Of a DNA stretch of 64,000 nt, positions 28,504 to 40,830 are shown in pieces; the stretch's first letter is position 1, and each line of letters starts with the position of its first letter. This DNA comes from an uncultured Bacteroidales bacterium (GTDB lineage: Bacteria; Bacteroidota; Bacteroidia; Bacteroidales; Paludibacteraceae). The stretch lies in NCBI GenBank assembly GCA_902798015.1, contig CADBVL010000013.1, positions 147-64,146 of the forward strand, read 5' to 3'. The position numbers and the translations under genes were made by a program. The notes under the pieces were generated by a model. It was not told where the DNA came from. It made no database searches and saw only the letters and a list, made by a program, of their open reading frames with translations.

Positions 28504-31500
28504 TTACTCTACGCGGTTTCCTCGGGCGTCGAAAATCTGGTCGCCGCGAACGATGTAGAGGATACCGTTGATCATCACTTTGCGGACATCCGATTTGGAC
28601 GGCTCGCCAATCTCCTCCGTACCCGTAGCGATATCTTTGATTTTCGCAATCTCGAGATAGAAACGATCGTCGTATTGTCCGGCTTCGGATTCGAAGGTGT
28701 AGGTGAATCCTGCGCCTAATTCGGTGCGTGCGCCGGTGTTGTTATCCACGAGGGTGATACTTACGCCGTAGGTGCCGTCCGGCATGGAGAGGGTGAACTC
28801 GCCGGCTTTGTACACCTTGATACCTACAGGCACGATGGTCGTTGTCTCGGTGTTGACCGGCATGCTGTTGGCCGCCAGGCGCTCTTGTCCGATCTTCGTG
28901 TAGAGGTCGCTGCGGTATGCATTGAACTCTTTGGACAGGTCTTGTCCGAAGTCGAAGGTATCGGTTATCTGCTCGAGTTCGCTCATACGGACGTAGGTCT
29001 GGTCGATCAGGATCGTATCGCTCATCAGCGCCAGGCGCCAGTTGTACTCGCGGTAGTCCTCTTTCTTCGCGCGGCGTGCTACGATAGGAGAAGGAGCCGG
29101 GCCGCTGACGTTCTTCCAGTGGATCTCACCTCCGTTCTGAACCAGATACGAGTGCATCGGCTGGAAGGAGAACGTGCTGGTAGCCTGCGGAGTGATGGTG
29201 TTGTCCGACATGTTCCATCTATAGATGAACGGGAATTCTTTTTCATCCTCACGCCAGGTGTAGTCGGTCTTCCATGCAATCACATTGCCGCTTGCGTCTT
29301 CGACGGCGGTGTTGTACAGATTGAAGCTCGGCACGCCGATACAACGCCAGTAACTATCCTTCACGCGGCGGTCTCCGTCTATACCGGTACGATTAATCGT
29401 ACACTTGTATTCCGTTCCTAAAGCCGGGATTACCACTTCATCAATATCCGTGATGGAACCCGTGGCAGTCGTGGTGGACGGGAAGAAGAGTTCGACGGTC
29501 GATATACCGTTGGACCAGAAAGCATCGTTCTCGGCTTGCATGTAATCCAGGTCGATACCTAAGATATATCCTACGTTGGCTTTGAGGACGAAGCTCGATG
29601 CCATCTCCGGCGTAACATATTTCCAGTTAGGCGGCGAGTCGATCCAATAGCCGTTCTTCGCACGAGTCAGACCGTCGTAGTACTCAAGGTACCATTCGTC
29701 CCAGTAATGTCCGAAACCGAAGATCTCGCTTACATTGACATCAAACGGGAAGGAGATGAAGTACAAAGAGCGTTCGTAGATGGATTTCTGTTGTCCTACA
29801 GGCAATGGTGGGTGATAGGTTGATATCTGTTCAGCCGTCTTGGCATGCAGCGGATCGATGTCGTACGGATTAGAGCGGTTGTTCAAGATCCAGCGGTTGA
29901 ATTTCATTGCGCCGTAGATAATCTTGACGCCCGTCAATGCACCATCATCCGAGAAGGTGATGTATTCCGCCGGTTTCTGGTGCTCGCGCTCGATGAGCAC
30001 ATCCGCATTGATTCCTATCGGGTTATCGATGCCCGTTCCGTCCGGAATCCATGCGGCAATCAGACGGTTGGTCTTGAAGTCATAGATGACGCGTGCTTTC
30101 TGCATGCCTCCGGAACCGCCGATAAGGATTACCGAGTTGGATGCGTTGAAGGTACAAGTTGTTTTATTATCTCCGGTAGCGAATGCTCCGCGGAAATACT
30201 GCACACTGTCCATGCGATACGGATCCTTCAGCGCATAACTTGCGAACAGCTTAAACCGCGTACCCGGGGTGATATACAGTATTTCTTCGTATATCCAGTT
30301 CTCTTTATCCATCAAGATTGCGGCATTTGGTATGTCTTGCGCTTCGTAAGCTTCTCCGCTTTCATCATCTATTTCCGCGTTCGCTCTCAGTACCAGGAAC
30401 AGACGTGCTGGGTTGGTAGCGGATGCAACGTATGCGCGGCTAATCTTATTGGTAGAGTAGTTGTACATAAAGCGTACGTTGGAACTGTACCGGTCGTTGA
30501 TAGCAGCTTTTGCACCGTCCGTGAGCAATGTTCCGTATTCATCCGTGTTCTTGTAGGGGTTGCCTACGTCTTGCATCAAGGTATCGGAGATACATGCGCT
30601 GTAGTCGTTCGCCACGCAGAACTGGATATTCGTACCGCGTTCGCACCAACTTGCGAAATAGTGGCTATACTTCTTTGCCGGATCAGTTGTGTTTGCATCG
30701 CTGAAGGAGAATTCAGAGTACGTCATCTGGTGGTCGAACGCACGGTAGTTGTCCCATTTGGTACTACCGGCATTATCCGTACGGATATAGAAGTTACCGG
30801 TATATTTCTCTTTCTTGGTGAGCAAGATAGAGGCACCTCCGGCAGGCTGCGATACAATGAAGTTATATACGCCCTTCTCCGTGATACCTGTAAGGCTAAC
30901 CGTTCCGCCATCAACATCTTCCCATGTTACAGCGCCTGTTTCATTATTAATTGCCGTTACTTTTTGGAACTTCGCCGAAGGCGATGAACCATAAGCGACG
31001 TAAAGCGAGACGGTATCGGACTTCGCTTCAGATCCGGTATTCTTTCGGATAATATCCGATGCGTGCCACCAAGAAGCGGTATGAGTAGCTCCTGACCATG
31101 CAGCGAGGTCGTTGTATTTAATGCGATAGTCTCCGATACTTACAGGATATTCTACATTAATATTGTATTTGTAATTAGGTACATCAACGGTTCCGACGTT
31201 GAGGAAACTCAATGTGAATTTATATACACCCGGAGCAGAAGTTTTGATTTCAATCTTCTGGTCTGAGCCGGAGTCTAAATCTGTTTCATGCCATTCCTGC
31301 TTCATGGTGTAGGTCTTCCCTAACAATTGACCGTCATTTCGATAAATCATGAACCAAATCTGCCCGGTGAAGTTAAACTCTACATCCACTTTCCAAGGCA
31401 TTTTCATGTCTCCGCTATATGGGAAGAGATATTCGCGCACCGCACCGGTTACATTATTGGCTAGCGGATCACCATAAATTTTCAGCGTATAACCGGTGTT

Positions 31501-34500
31501 CTCCGGATAATTCATCCAGTAGCCGTTATTATAATATTTGGCATTTGTGTTATGAGTTTCTACTTTCTGATCAGCGAGAGGCACAAACATCGGCAGCGCC
31601 GTATTGTAGTCTCCACGGCGTACAACGTTCGTATTGCTGAAATAGCCATAACCATGCTGGTTGGCTTCTGTGAATACGACATCCTTATAAGCTGCAGGAA
31701 CAGTGGCAGCCTCGCAGTCGAAATACCAGATATTGGTGCCTTCAATCTGCGTCATGGTTCCATGTTTTTGTTCGCTATATGGGTGATCGGTATATTCATA
31801 ATCTTTATCGGCTCCAGAACCCCAGTTGTTACCGGAATTATCCCAGTAACTACTATTCTTATAGAAGTACACATTGACGGTACTCCAACCAAGCGTATTA
31901 TAGAAGTAGATCATACGCTTGCGGGTATAGACGGCGGTAAGAGAACCGTCGAAGATAGCGGTATAACTAATAGTAGCATCTCCCGGAGTATCGGCATCGC
32001 CGACTGTTCCGCTGGTGCAGGTTACACCGTCTCCCAATACCCAGTGGTGGAAGGTGTATCCCGTGATGTCCGGCGCGGTAATAGACTTTGCTGTGATGGG
32101 TAATGCATCCACTTCGTCAGAGGACTTAATCGTCACATCGCCGCACTTATAGAAGACGGTCACGGTGAAGTTATTCGTTACGGTTACGGTCTTGTCGAAG
32201 GTGTTGAGCAATGTGCCGCCGCACGAAGAGCCGAGATAGAGTTTCGCACGGATACGATAGTTACCTGCAGCCAGTCCGCCAAGGTTGAACTTCACTTGGC
32301 GCGGTTTCGCGCCGCCTTCGGTATCTTCTATCGCGTCATGTCCGGTAACAGGATCCTCATTGTCATACAGCAGTTCCCAGCAAACCTTGACGGTGCTACC
32401 GGGAGTCGGATCAATAATCGGATTAGCCTTTACGAAGTTATCGCCGCTCTCTTTCCATTCTACAGCAGCAGGGTTGAGCTCGATATCCGTGATTTCTGCT
32501 TGCTTGTAGTAAGCATAGAGGGTTACATCGCTTAAGCCATCCCATTTGCCATCTGCTGTCGTATAGCCGGAGGCACCGTGAACCCACGTGCCGTCTGCAT
32601 TGATCACTTTGGTTCCTTCACCTCCTGTCTCTGTATAGAAGCCCATGAAGCCATATACTCCAGTACCGCTTGGCATCGTACCGCTGATAGCCGGCAGAGC
32701 CGTGTGATAAGTCACCATCGGATTTTCGCATGTACCTCCGTCACCATAACCCGGATCACTCGTTTGTTTATCAAGCGTAACAGTGTAGTTGTTCGGGTAA
32801 TACTTTGCGTACAAGTTCGTGGGCGTAGCCGAAGTGACAGTCGGGCTATATTCTTGGGTGGATACTAAACGATTAGTGTATGTGCCTTTAGGCGCATCGT
32901 CAACTGAGTACCAGCCATAATAGGTGTAACCATCAGCAGCATTAGCAGCGTAGAAATGCGCGGTTGCGCCATCTGCAATCTTTGTCACGCCGCTTGTGAT
33001 TTGTTTCTCTGCTATCACACCGGTAAAGTTGCCCCACGGATTCGTTTTTCCTCCTTCAGTCGGGACGCGGCTAAACGAAATCTGATACGAAGTCGGGTAG
33101 GTGACGGCTAATTTATGAGTAGATTTATTATAAGTGAAGGTATAGTTACCACTCGGATAAACATCCGCTTTAATAGTCATGTTTGCTCCACCTCCAACCG
33201 TTATATCCAGGTTAGACGTAGTACCTGTGATAGAGTGATCTCCACCACTCCATGCGCCATTATCCAGCACTTTGAATTCATATACAGCATCACGCGCAGT
33301 AAGATTTATTACCGCTGTTCCGACATTTCCGTCAAACACCATGTTACTGGTCTCTGTCCAGTCGTTAAAATCTCCGGTAATAGCATATACTTCGGGGTAA
33401 TAAACGGAGACAGAAGGATTGGAGCCGGAGAAATTAATCTTGAATGTATATGTACCGGCCAATGTGGTCGTCATGTAACAATCGCCTTGGGACGTTTCGA
33501 ATGTCCAGTTCTCCGTAGTACCCTTGATATAATACGTCCCTCCTCCTTCGCTGTTGTCGTTTCCGTACCAAGTTCCACCATTGTTAACCACCTTAAACCG
33601 ATAGGTGGTGTTGGCGCTTAAAGTTACAGTAGCATAAGCCACACTACCCGTAGATTCTCCGGTTTTCTTCGTGAAAGGATAAGCTGTCGCAAAATCATCG
33701 ACGAAAGAACCTCGCAATGTCCACGTGGTCGACAAATTCTCGTTGTAATTGGCAGTAAGAGAATACGTTCCGCTGGATTTGGTTTTAATGCTAACCGGTG
33801 AAGAAGATGTAGATGTTGTTGCCGTAACACCAGTTCCAACTGTCCAATTACTAAACGTATAGCCGCTGATAGCAGGAGCAGAAACATTCTTCGTATTTAC
33901 TTCACCAACGTTGCTTGTGGTAGTTTCTGTCTTAATGGTAGTACTTCCGCACTTATAATATACCGTTACGTTGTGTGTGTTCTCTGCGAAATTGGCAGTT
34001 ACAGTGGCAAAACCACGTGCGGTCAAACTATAAACACCATTGGCAGCATTTGTCTTTATAGATCCATCACCTTCTTTTGTCCAATTCACAAAGTGATAAC
34101 CTGTATTAGCCTGAGCATATATATTTAAGTCTTGTGCGGTATTAATTCCAGTATATGATGCCGATGTACCCCAAGAACCGCTTTCCTTCTTTACTTGACC
34201 ATTTGAGCCAGCAACAATATCCAATTCACCATCAGGAAGAGCCTCGAAATTAGCCTGAATAGTGGCGGATGCATCGCCCGTAACAGTAACAGTTGTTGAA
34301 GCGCTTGTCGAACTGGCAAATGAGGCAGTGCCACTCGTTACTGTCCAATTTACAAAACGATAACCAGAAGAAGGCGTTGCAGTAATAGCGTATGCTGTGC
34401 TCATTTTAATACCCTTTGATTGTGAACCAGTTACAGTGCCATTACCGCCGCTATTTACGGTTAATGTATATGCTGGAGCAACAGAAAGGGAGTTTGATTT

Positions 34501-35184
34501 TGCGTTGTAGGTCCATACGGCAGGCACACCATTATTTACGCCGGACGTACCAGATGGAGACAAATAATTGTTATCCGATTTGCTTGTGTACACATTTGCG
34601 CCATTGGCTGTATAACAATTGCCGGTATAGGTATAGACTCCTGTTCCCGTCCTCGTCATAGTTCCCCAGCTCCATGTGCTGCCATTTGCAAATGGATGTT
34701 TGATATAAAAAGTCGGAGCATATAAAGAAGTACGGAAGGTAATCTTCGGATTGCTTGTTGTGTTAATTACTGTATTAGGATAGTAAACGATGATATATCC
34801 GTTAGATCCATCCCAAATATAGCAGTTGTCGCTTCCATAGTCGCCAATGTTATTGCTGCCCCCATTAAACCCTTTTGCTACATAAGAATAGTTGTAATCC
34901 CAACCGCCAGTAGTTTTGGAGATTTTGAACTTATCGCCATTGAAACTCTGTGCGGAAGTGGAGTAGTATTCATATAATCCACTGTTATGCACCGTCATTG
35001 CAGTCGCTCCCCAAGAGTTTTTATCTCCGCGGTAATAGTAATCACCCCACGCTTGTCCCACGCCGAGGGTGAGGAAGGCGGAAATTAAAAAAGTGTACAG
35101 GACAAAACCTCGATAAAACTCTGATTTAATATGCTTTAAACCAGGTAAATGTTTTACTAAATTGTGTATCATTGTATTTTTCAT
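28504..35184 (-). CDS. Giant (2226 aa) secreted multi-repeat surface protein: Listeria-Bacteroides (Flg_new)-type repeats + CBM/E-set-like beta-sandwich modules + large unassigned C-terminal region with CTD-like tail
   Basis: Start chosen at ATG 35184 ([10 protein letters not shown]...[16 protein letters not shown] signal). Repeats carry GY.F.NW motifs ([41 protein letters not shown]). Modules start G(S/D)F(V/N)D(D/W). The tail ends ...[27 protein letters not shown]. Confidence 0.8.
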   Translation of the reverse strand: MKNTMIHNLVKHLPGLKHIKSEFYRGFVLYTFLISAFLTLGVGQAWGDYYYRGDKNSWGATAMTVHNSGLYEYYSTSAQSFNGDKFKISKTTGGWDYNYSYVAKGFNGGSNNIGDYGSDNCYIWDGSNGYIIVYYPNTVINTTSNPKITFRTSLYAPTFYIKHPFANGSTWSWGTMTRTGTGVYTYTGNCYTANGANVYTSKSDNNYLSPSGTSGVNNGVPAVWTYNAKSNSLSVAPAYTLTVNSGGNGTVTGSQSKGIKMSTAYAITATPSSGYRFVNWTVTSGTASFASSTSASTTVTVTGDASATIQANFEALPDGELDIVAGSNGQVKKESGSWGTSASYTGINTAQDLNIYAQANTGYHFVNWTKEGDGSIKTNAANGVYSLTARGFATVTANFAENTHNVTVYYKCGSTTIKTETTTSNVGEVNTKNVSAPAISGYTFSNWTVGTGVTATTSTSSSPVSIKTKSSGTYSLTANYNENLSTTWTLRGSFVDDFATAYPFTKKTGESTGSVAYATVTLSANTTYRFKVVNNGGTWYGNDNSEGGGTYYIKGTTENWTFETSQGDCYMTTTLAGTYTFKINFSGSNPSVSVYYPEVYAITGDFNDWTETSNMVFDGNVGTAVINLTARDAVYEFKVLDNGAWSGGDHSITGTTSNLDITVGGGANMTIKADVYPSGNYTFTYNKSTHKLAVTYPTSYQISFSRVPTEGGKTNPWGNFTGVIAEKQITSGVTKIADGATAHFYAANAADGYTYYGWYSVDDAPKGTYTNRLVSTQEYSPTVTSATPTNLYAKYYPNNYTVTLDKQTSDPGYGDGGTCENPMVTYHTALPAISGTMPSGTGVYGFMGFYTETGGEGTKVINADGTWVHGASGYTTADGKWDGLSDVTLYAYYKQAEITDIELNPAAVEWKESGDNFVKANPIIDPTPGSTVKVCWELLYDNEDPVTGHDAIEDTEGGAKPRQVKFNLGGLAAGNYRIRAKLYLGSSCGGTLLNTFDKTVTVTNNFTVTVFYKCGDVTIKSSDEVDALPITAKSITAPDITGYTFHHWVLGDGVTCTSGTVGDADTPGDATISYTAIFDGSLTAVYTRKRMIYFYNTLGWSTVNVYFYKNSSYWDNSGNNWGSGADKDYEYTDHPYSEQKHGTMTQIEGTNIWYFDCEAATVPAAYKDVVFTEANQHGYGYFSNTNVVRRGDYNTALPMFVPLADQKVETHNTNAKYYNNGYWMNYPENTGYTLKIYGDPLANNVTGAVREYLFPYSGDMKMPWKVDVEFNFTGQIWFMIYRNDGQLLGKTYTMKQEWHETDLDSGSDQKIEIKTSAPGVYKFTLSFLNVGTVDVPNYKYNINVEYPVSIGDYRIKYNDLAAWSGATHTASWWHASDIIRKNTGSEAKSDTVSLYVAYGSSPSAKFQKVTAINNETGAVTWEDVDGGTVSLTGITEKGVYNFIVSQPAGGASILLTKKEKYTGNFYIRTDNAGSTKWDNYRAFDHQMTYSEFSFSDANTTDPAKKYSHYFASWCERGTNIQFCVANDYSACISDTLMQDVGNPYKNTDEYGTLLTDGAKAAINDRYSSNVRFMYNYSTNKISRAYVASATNPARLFLVLRANAEIDDESGEAYEAQDIPNAAILMDKENWIYEEILYITPGTRFKLFASYALKDPYRMDSVQYFRGAFATGDNKTTCTFNASNSVILIGGSGGMQKARVIYDFKTNRLIAAWIPDGTGIDNPIGINADVLIEREHQKPAEYITFSDDGALTGVKIIYGAMKFNRWILNNRSNPYDIDPLHAKTAEQISTYHPPLPVGQQKSIYERSLYFISFPFDVNVSEIFGFGHYWDEWYLEYYDGLTRAKNGYWIDSPPNWKYVTPEMASSFVLKANVGYILGIDLDYMQAENDAFWSNGISTVELFFPSTTTATGSITDIDEVVIPALGTEYKCTINRTGIDGDRRVKDSYWRCIGVPSFNLYNTAVEDASGNVIAWKTDYTWREDEKEFPFIYRWNMSDNTITPQATSTFSFQPMHSYLVQNGGEIHWKNVSGPAPSPIVARRAKKEDYREYNWRLALMSDTILIDQTYVRMSELEQITDTFDFGQDLSKEFNAYRSDLYTKIGQERLAANSMPVNTETTTIVPVGIKVYKAGEFTLSMPDGTYGVSITLVDNNTGARTELGAGFTYTFESEAGQYDDRFYLEIAKIKDIATGTEEIGEPSKSDVRKVMINGILYIVRGDQIFDARGNRVE

Positions 35185-35216
35185 ATCTTCGGATGTTTTT
35201 AGTGTCGTGAAATGTT

Positions 35217-35660
35217 CTATTTTGGGTCTTTCTCGGAACATGGTCCCGTGATGGTCTCGTGAAATGTTCGATTTTTCCAAGCGATGACACCGCCGAAAAG
35301 CAGCGCAAAGATACCCAGTATCCACGGTTCGCCGATGGGGTACTGCTGCGCCGGATCGGTATCCGGACCGAGGATCTTACCCCTGCGAGGACCTGAAGAA
35401 CTACTCGGCGCTTTGCCATCTACGTATTCTGACGGAACGGCGCCATTGAAGGGTTCGAAAACCGTTGCAGAATAACGCACGGCGGCAGGCATCGCATTGA
35501 CGCTGCGCATGCCATGCGAGGGCATATATCCTATGCTCTGGGCCGTAGTGTTACAGCTGTACACATGTTGTACAGCGTGCCCACTGGTCGCGTACACCGG
35601 AGCGCAGTGTACGTGCGCGAAAAGAAACAACAGTAAGATTGGTATTAATATGCGTTTCAT
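35217..35660 (-). CDS. Small secreted, C-terminally anchored protein, probably co-transcribed with the giant gene
   Basis: Signal peptide MKRILIPILLLFLFAHVHC, a Ser/Pro-rich stretch, then PIGEPW-ILGIFALLFGGVIAW-KNR. It sits 32 nt upstream of the giant gene. Confidence 0.55.
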   Translation of the reverse strand: MKRILIPILLLFLFAHVHCAPVYATSGHAVQHVYSCNTTAQSIGYMPSHGMRSVNAMPAAVRYSATVFEPFNGAVPSEYVDGKAPSSSSGPRRGKILGPDTDPAQQYPIGEPWILGIFALLFGGVIAWKNRTFHETITGPCSEKDPK

Positions 35661-35682
35661 GGCCTAATCTAAAATTAGCATG

Positions 35683-35690
35683 CAAAAATA
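35683..35690 (-). promoter_or_regulatory. Bacteroidetes -7 box TATTTTTG for the 35660/giant-gene operon
   Basis: TAnnTTTG, 23 nt upstream of ATG 35660, next to the palindrome AAATACTAAAAGTATTT. Confidence 0.5.
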
Positions 35691-36019
35691 CTAAAAGTAT
35701 TTCATACGTGCAAATTTTTCAGCAGAAAAAACGAAATTTTCTACATTTTGCAGCCAATTATACCCATTTTCGACAAAGATATATAGAAAAAAACATAAAA
35801 AACACAAAGTAGTGAAGCAGCCTGTTTATAAATCAAAAACGCGGCAGTACGGCAACCATGTCGCCTAATGTCTAATGTATAGTTGCCCATAGTGAGCAAG
35901 CTCCCTTGGCTAACTCTACATCAACCATTCCGTACGACTTTTTTGAATCGTACGACTGCCTTACAAAAACACGCTGCGCTCACAAAAAAGCGCTTTGCTC
36001 CCAAAAACATACGGATTTG

Positions 36020-36463
36020 TTAAAAAACTTCTATAACTCCGTCATTGTTATAAAAACGCTCAATCTGGGCGCGAGGACTAGCTCCGAAATTTACGAGCAG
36101 GGCTACCGGCCAGCCTGTACCTCGCAGATAACCGAAAGTTTGATAGTGTTCCCGTTCGGTTAATTGGCTGAGGGCTTTACATTCGATAATAATATTACCG
36201 ACAGGCGATTCAACAACTAAGTCCATTTTTAAATAAGACTTCATCTCGTTCCCCTTGTAACGAGGGTGGTATTCTAATTCTTTATGAACATTAAAACCAT
36301 TAACAGCTAATTCTGTCGTTAGTGCTTCTTGATAGATATATTCCGGCATGCCGGCTCCTAATTGTTTGTACACTTCTATCATGGCACCAATAATTCCATA
36401 ACAAGCTTGGACTAATTCAGCCTTTTTAGGTTCTTGTACGATTCGAATAGTGTTCTCTTCCAT
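36020..36463 (-). CDS. GxxExxY protein (PD-(D/E)XK-like)
   Basis: Motifs are LGAGMPEYIYQEAL, D.VVE...IIECK and Q...YL...G....LLVNFG. The start is ATG 36463 or 36472. Confidence 0.75.
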   Translation of the reverse strand: MEENTIRIVQEPKKAELVQACYGIIGAMIEVYKQLGAGMPEYIYQEALTTELAVNGFNVHKELEYHPRYKGNEMKSYLKMDLVVESPVGNIIIECKALSQLTEREHYQTFGYLRGTGWPVALLVNFGASPRAQIERFYNNDGVIEVF

Positions 36464-36676
36464 GTGCTGCATAGGTTTTTGGCTTTTTTTGTGTTGTTTT
36501 TGTGAGTAGCCGGACGGTTTACCGTCAATTGGAGTTGACTGATTGTTCAGCGGGAACGTGTTCACGGATGGACAAGTAGGCAACTGCAATGGAGAGCTGT
36601 AAGCTCGGGGCTACGAGTTTTTGATTTATTGCATAAAAAATACAAATATAGCCTGCATTGCTGCAGGCCATATTGA

Positions 36677-39235
36677 TTAAATCCAGCGGACGTAACAGAA
36701 GTCCATTCGGTGCGGGAGGAGTTCGTTCTGCGGATACATTCGCAGGCCGAATTTCATTCCTCCGGCGTAGTCGAGCTGGTAGATATTCTCGAAGAAGAGG
36801 TGACTACCTTCGCTCTTGACTAACTTCAACGGTTCTACTTCGTAGAGTTTGTCGTTGTTGTGGGTCGAAGTGCGGATCGCTACGAGTTCTACGCCGAGAC
36901 CCTTGTCGTTCAGACCCTTGGTGTCCAACTCAACCGCTACTTTGAACTTATCACCTACGTTCAGGTTCGTCATGTCCGTATCGGACTTGCTCACTACCTC
37001 GATCTCGTCCCAGTGTTCCACCATGTTCTCCTTCCATGCGGCGATCTCTTTCGCTACTTTGTAGTTGTCCGCCAGCAAGAGGTTGTGACGCTTCGCGAGT
37101 TTGTTGTAGAACTTGCTGAAGTAGTCGTCAATCATTCGCTTCATGGTGAAGCGCGGAGTGATCTTCGTCACGGATTTCTTGATATACTGGATCCACTCGG
37201 GGCTGTAACCCTTGCTGTTCTTCGCGTAGTACAGCGGGATGATCTCATTCTCCAGCATCTGATAGATAGTAGCTGCGTCGAGCTGATCCTGGTGCGCCTG
37301 GTTCTCATAGGTGCGCTTCTCGGTCAATGCCCATCCTGCGCCTTCTACGTATCCTTCGTACCACCATCCGTCTTTGACACTGAAGTTGAGCACGCCGTTC
37401 ATCTGCGCTTTCTCGCCGGACGTACCCGATGCCTCCAACGGACGGGTAGGCGTGTTCAGCCATATATCCACACCGGAGATGAGACGCTTAGCCAGACGCA
37501 TATCGTAGTTCTCGAGGAAGATGATCTTACCGAGGAACTGCGGCATACGGCTGATCTCGATGATGCGCTTGATCAGACCCTGACCACCGCCGTCAGCGGG
37601 GTGAGCCTTACCGGTGAAGAGGAACTGAACCGGATAGTTCGGGTTGTTCACCAGCTTGTCCAGACGCTCGAGGTCGGTGAACAACAGGTGAGCACGTTTG
37701 TAGGTCGCGAAACGACGACCGAAACCGATGATCAGGTTGTCCGGCTTCATCTCGTTCAGCGCACGTACGATGCGGGCAGGATCACCCTGGCTCTTCATCC
37801 AGTCCTCACGGAACTGCTGCTTGATGAAATCCATCATCTTGCGTTTCAGACCGATACGCGTTGCCCAGATCTCCTCATCGGGGATGTCCGCATAGGCCTT
37901 CCACATATCCAGATTGGACTGGTCTTTCATCCATTCTTTCGGCAGATATTTCTTATATACCTTCTTCCAATCCGATGCGGCCCAAGTCGGCATATGTACG
38001 CCGTTGGTGACGTAGTCCACGTGCAACTCCTCGGGGAAATAACCCGGCCATACGGGGCTGAACATCTTCTTCGATACTTCGCCGTGCAACCAGCTTACGC
38101 CGTTGGCCTCCTGGCAGGTGTTGAGCGCGAAGACGGACATCGAGAACTTCTCGTTGTTGTCGTCCGGATTCGTGCGGCCCATGCCGATCAGGTCATGCCA
38201 TTCGATACCGAGTTTCTCAGCGTACTCGCTCATATACTTGTAGAACAAGCCCTCCTCGAAGTAGTCGTGGCCTGCAGGAACCGGCGTATGGCAGGTGTAC
38301 AGTCCGCTTGCGCGAACAACCTCTTTCGCCTGGTTGAAGGTCAACCCGTCTTCCTGAACGAGATCCACAAGGCGCTGCAGACCCATCAGGGCTGCGTGAC
38401 CCTCGTTGCAATGATATACATCCTTCTTGATGCCTAATTTCTTCAGCGCTAACATACCGCCGATACCTAACAGGATCTCCTGCTTGATACGGTTCTCCCA
38501 GTCGCCGCCGTAGAGCTGGTGCGTGATCTGGCGATCCCACTCGCTGTTCAACTCATTGTCCGTGTCCAGCAGGTACAGGTCCATGCGACCTACCGCTACT
38601 TTCCATAGATAAGCCTTTACCGTGCGACCCGGATACGGCACCTCGATAATCATGTTGCTGCCGTCAGCCTCTTTCACCTGCGTGATAGGCAGGTTGGCGA
38701 AGTTCTGCGCCTCGTAGTTGGCGATCTGCTGGCCTTCCGGACTCAGCGTCTGGGTGAAATAACCGTAGCGGTAGAGGAAACCGATAGCCGTCATGTCCAC
38801 GTTGCAATCCGATGCCTCTTTGATGTAGTCACCGGCCAGAATACCCAGACCACCCGAATAAATCTTCAGCACGTGCGTCAAGCCGTACTCCATCGAGAAA
38901 TAAGCGATAGTCGGTTTCTTCTTGTCTTTCGGCGTGTCCATGTATGCGCGGAAATCGGCGTAAACGGCATTCAGACGATTCATGAATTCTACGTCCTTCG
39001 ACAACTCAACCATCCTGTCGTAACTCAAGATATTCAACAGAACGACCGGGTTCGAGTTGGCGCGATGCCACGCATCCGTATCAATGTAGCGGAACAGGTC
39101 TTTGGCTTCACCGTTCCAACTCCACCAGAGGTTGTATGCAATCTCTTGCAGTTTGCTCAGGTCGGCAGGAAGCGTAGCATGTACGTTACACTCTTTCCAA
39201 ACGGCCTGATTTACATTACTTACTTTGACTTTCAT
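36677..39235 (-). CDS. glgP: Alpha-glucan phosphorylase (GT35)
   Basis: 852 aa. Motifs include YFSMEYG, GGLG.LAGD and TGKAHPAD, with the [10 protein letters not shown] pyridoxal-phosphate lysine region. Confidence 0.9.
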   Translation of the reverse strand: MKVKVSNVNQAVWKECNVHATLPADLSKLQEIAYNLWWSWNGEAKDLFRYIDTDAWHRANSNPVVLLNILSYDRMVELSKDVEFMNRLNAVYADFRAYMDTPKDKKKPTIAYFSMEYGLTHVLKIYSGGLGILAGDYIKEASDCNVDMTAIGFLYRYGYFTQTLSPEGQQIANYEAQNFANLPITQVKEADGSNMIIEVPYPGRTVKAYLWKVAVGRMDLYLLDTDNELNSEWDRQITHQLYGGDWENRIKQEILLGIGGMLALKKLGIKKDVYHCNEGHAALMGLQRLVDLVQEDGLTFNQAKEVVRASGLYTCHTPVPAGHDYFEEGLFYKYMSEYAEKLGIEWHDLIGMGRTNPDDNNEKFSMSVFALNTCQEANGVSWLHGEVSKKMFSPVWPGYFPEELHVDYVTNGVHMPTWAASDWKKVYKKYLPKEWMKDQSNLDMWKAYADIPDEEIWATRIGLKRKMMDFIKQQFREDWMKSQGDPARIVRALNEMKPDNLIIGFGRRFATYKRAHLLFTDLERLDKLVNNPNYPVQFLFTGKAHPADGGGQGLIKRIIEISRMPQFLGKIIFLENYDMRLAKRLISGVDIWLNTPTRPLEASGTSGEKAQMNGVLNFSVKDGWWYEGYVEGAGWALTEKRTYENQAHQDQLDAATIYQMLENEIIPLYYAKNSKGYSPEWIQYIKKSVTKITPRFTMKRMIDDYFSKFYNKLAKRHNLLLADNYKVAKEIAAWKENMVEHWDEIEVVSKSDTDMTNLNVGDKFKVAVELDTKGLNDKGLGVELVAIRTSTHNNDKLYEVEPLKLVKSEGSHLFFENIYQLDYAGGMKFGLRMYPQNELLPHRMDFCYVRWI

Positions 39236-39282
39236 TGTAGTATATTGTTTGTTATTTTACGTTATTATTTCAAAAAAGCGTG

Positions 39283-39290
39283 CAAAGGTA
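39283..39290 (-). promoter_or_regulatory. Bacteroidetes -7 box TACCTTTG for glgP
   Basis: TAnnTTTG, 48 nt upstream of ATG 39235. Confidence 0.55.
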
Positions 39291-39322
39291 CGTATTTTTT
39301 TGCAGATATGCAAGAATTTTTG

Positions 39323-39330
39323 TAATTTTG
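39323..39330 (+). promoter_or_regulatory. Bacteroidetes -7 box TAATTTTG for the RNase R-like gene
   Basis: TAnnTTTG, 41 nt upstream of ATG 39371. Confidence 0.55.
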
Positions 39331-39370
39331 CACCCGATTTTATGATTTTGTGTACTCAAATTAGCAATCT

Positions 39371-40765
39371 ATGATTGACGAACGCGAGATACTTCGCAGG
39401 CGCGATATGCGCGATGTTTTCACCTTTACCATCGATCCCGCCGATGCCAAGGACTTCGATGACGCAATATCGTTTGAGAAGGAGCCTACCCCCGACCCCT
39501 CCCTAAATGGAGGGGAGGTATATCGCATAGGCGTTCACATCGCGGATGTCTCCCATTATGTCAAACCCGGTACGAAAACCGATGACGACGCCTATAAACG
39601 CGGCACGTCCACCTATCTCGTGGACCGCGTCATCCCCATGCTGCCCGAAGAACTGTGCAACGACCTGTGCTCGCTGCGGCCCGGAGAAGACAAACTATGT
39701 ATGTCCGTCGTCTTCCTTATGGACGCGGACGCACGCGTTCTTAAATATAAAATATGCCGCACCGTCATCCGCTCCGACGCCCGCCTCAATTACGACGAAG
39801 TACAGGACGTCATAAGCGCAAATCAGACTAACGAGACACTATCGAGAGAGAATCGAGACGGGGTAAACACAGAGGCAACAGCTATGCAAACCGAGGCTAT
39901 TCTTACCTTAAATGCTCTTGCATCCAAACTCCGTGCCGAACGACTTGCCAACGGGGCGCTTGCCATCGAGCAGGACGAGATGCGGTTCCGTCTGGACGAG
40001 CATTACCATCCGATAGACATCTATTTCGAGTCGCCCAACGAAGCCCATCATCTGATAGAAGAGTTCATGCTGCTTGCTAACCGTACCGTCGCCAAAGCCG
40101 TCGGCTCCGGACGTCCGTTCGTCTATCGCGTGCATGACCTGCCCGACAACGAGAAACTGGACGACCTCAAGAAATTCAAGAAACGGATGGGAACGCGCAT
40201 ACCGCAGCAGACAATCGATCTGCTCACCATCCGCGCACAAGCCAAAGCCGTCTATTCAACCTATAACATCGGCCACTACGGACTCGCCTTCTCCCATTAT
40301 ACCCATTTCACTTCGCCTATCCGTCGCTACCCCGACCTGATGGTGCACCGCCTCGTGGAGAAATATATCCTTACCGGCAAACCCTGTCCGCTTACCCGCG
40401 CCGAACTCGAAGAGAAATGTGAGCATTGCTCGGCGTGTGAACAGGCAGCCGCGCAAGCCGAACGCGACTCCATCAAACTGTTTCAGACCATGTGGATGGC
40501 GGATCATATCGGAGAGATACTGCCCGGACATATCACCGGCGTCACCGATTTCGGACTCTTCGTCCAACTCGATGACTCGCGGTGCGAAGGACTCGTCCAT
40601 ATCTCCAAAGTCGGCTTCCCCGGAGAGACGTGGAAATACGACGAAAAAAACTACCGCCTCATCTGCGCCGAGAACGGTATAACCCACACTTTGGGTGACG
40701 CCGTGCGCGTCAAAGTTGTCAAAACAGACGTAAATAGAAGCCAAATTGACTTTGAGTTGGTATAA
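39371..40765 (+). CDS. rnr: RNase R / RNase II-family exoribonuclease, RNB + S1 domains only (no N-terminal cold-shock domains)
   Basis: The RNB motifs FTIDPADAKDFDDAIS and GVHIADVSHYV start within the first 60 aa. The C-terminal S1-like region reads GHITGVTDFGLFVQL. Confidence 0.8.
   Translation: MIDEREILRRRDMRDVFTFTIDPADAKDFDDAISFEKEPTPDPSLNGGEVYRIGVHIADVSHYVKPGTKTDDDAYKRGTSTYLVDRVIPMLPEELCNDLCSLRPGEDKLCMSVVFLMDADARVLKYKICRTVIRSDARLNYDEVQDVISANQTNETLSRENRDGVNTEATAMQTEAILTLNALASKLRAERLANGALAIEQDEMRFRLDEHYHPIDIYFESPNEAHHLIEEFMLLANRTVAKAVGSGRPFVYRVHDLPDNEKLDDLKKFKKRMGTRIPQQTIDLLTIRAQAKAVYSTYNIGHYGLAFSHYTHFTSPIRRYPDLMVHRLVEKYILTGKPCPLTRAELEEKCEHCSACEQAAAQAERDSIKLFQTMWMADHIGEILPGHITGVTDFGLFVQLDDSRCEGLVHISKVGFPGETWKYDEKNYRLICAENGITHTLGDAVRVKVVKTDVNRSQIDFELV
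39484..39517 (+). repeat. GC-rich hairpin element, in frame in rnr
   Basis: Sequence GCCTACCCCCGACCCCTCCCTAAATGGAGGGGAG. Translated as EPTPDPSLNGGE between DDAISFEK and VYRIGVHIADV. Confidence 0.85.
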
Positions 40766-40801
40766 ATTTCGCGAAAATTTGCGTATATCAAAAAAAAGCA
40801 G

Positions 40802-40809
40802 TACTTTTG
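40802..40809 (+). promoter_or_regulatory. Bacteroidetes -7 box TACTTTTG, part of palindrome ACTTTTGCACACGCAAAAGT
   Basis: TAnnTTTG, with a TTTG about 20 nt upstream. It lies 22 nt before ATG 40831. Confidence 0.55.
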
Positions 40810-40830
40810 CACACGCAAAAGTTTAGATAC

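Noticed and set aside
29845-30987. 380-aa plus-strand ORF (and other + ORFs between 28.8 and 34.7 kb)
   Set aside because: All are antisense to the continuous 6.7-kb minus-strand ORF and have no independent signals.
35126-35419. 97-aa minus ORF, and the upstream extension of the giant ORF to 35325
   Set aside because: They overlap the 3' end of the 35217..35660 gene in other frames. The giant gene most plausibly starts at ATG 35184, just before its signal peptide.
36860-38437. 525-aa plus-strand ORF
   Set aside because: It is antisense to the alpha-glucan phosphorylase. No motif is present and the composition is typical of a shadow ORF.
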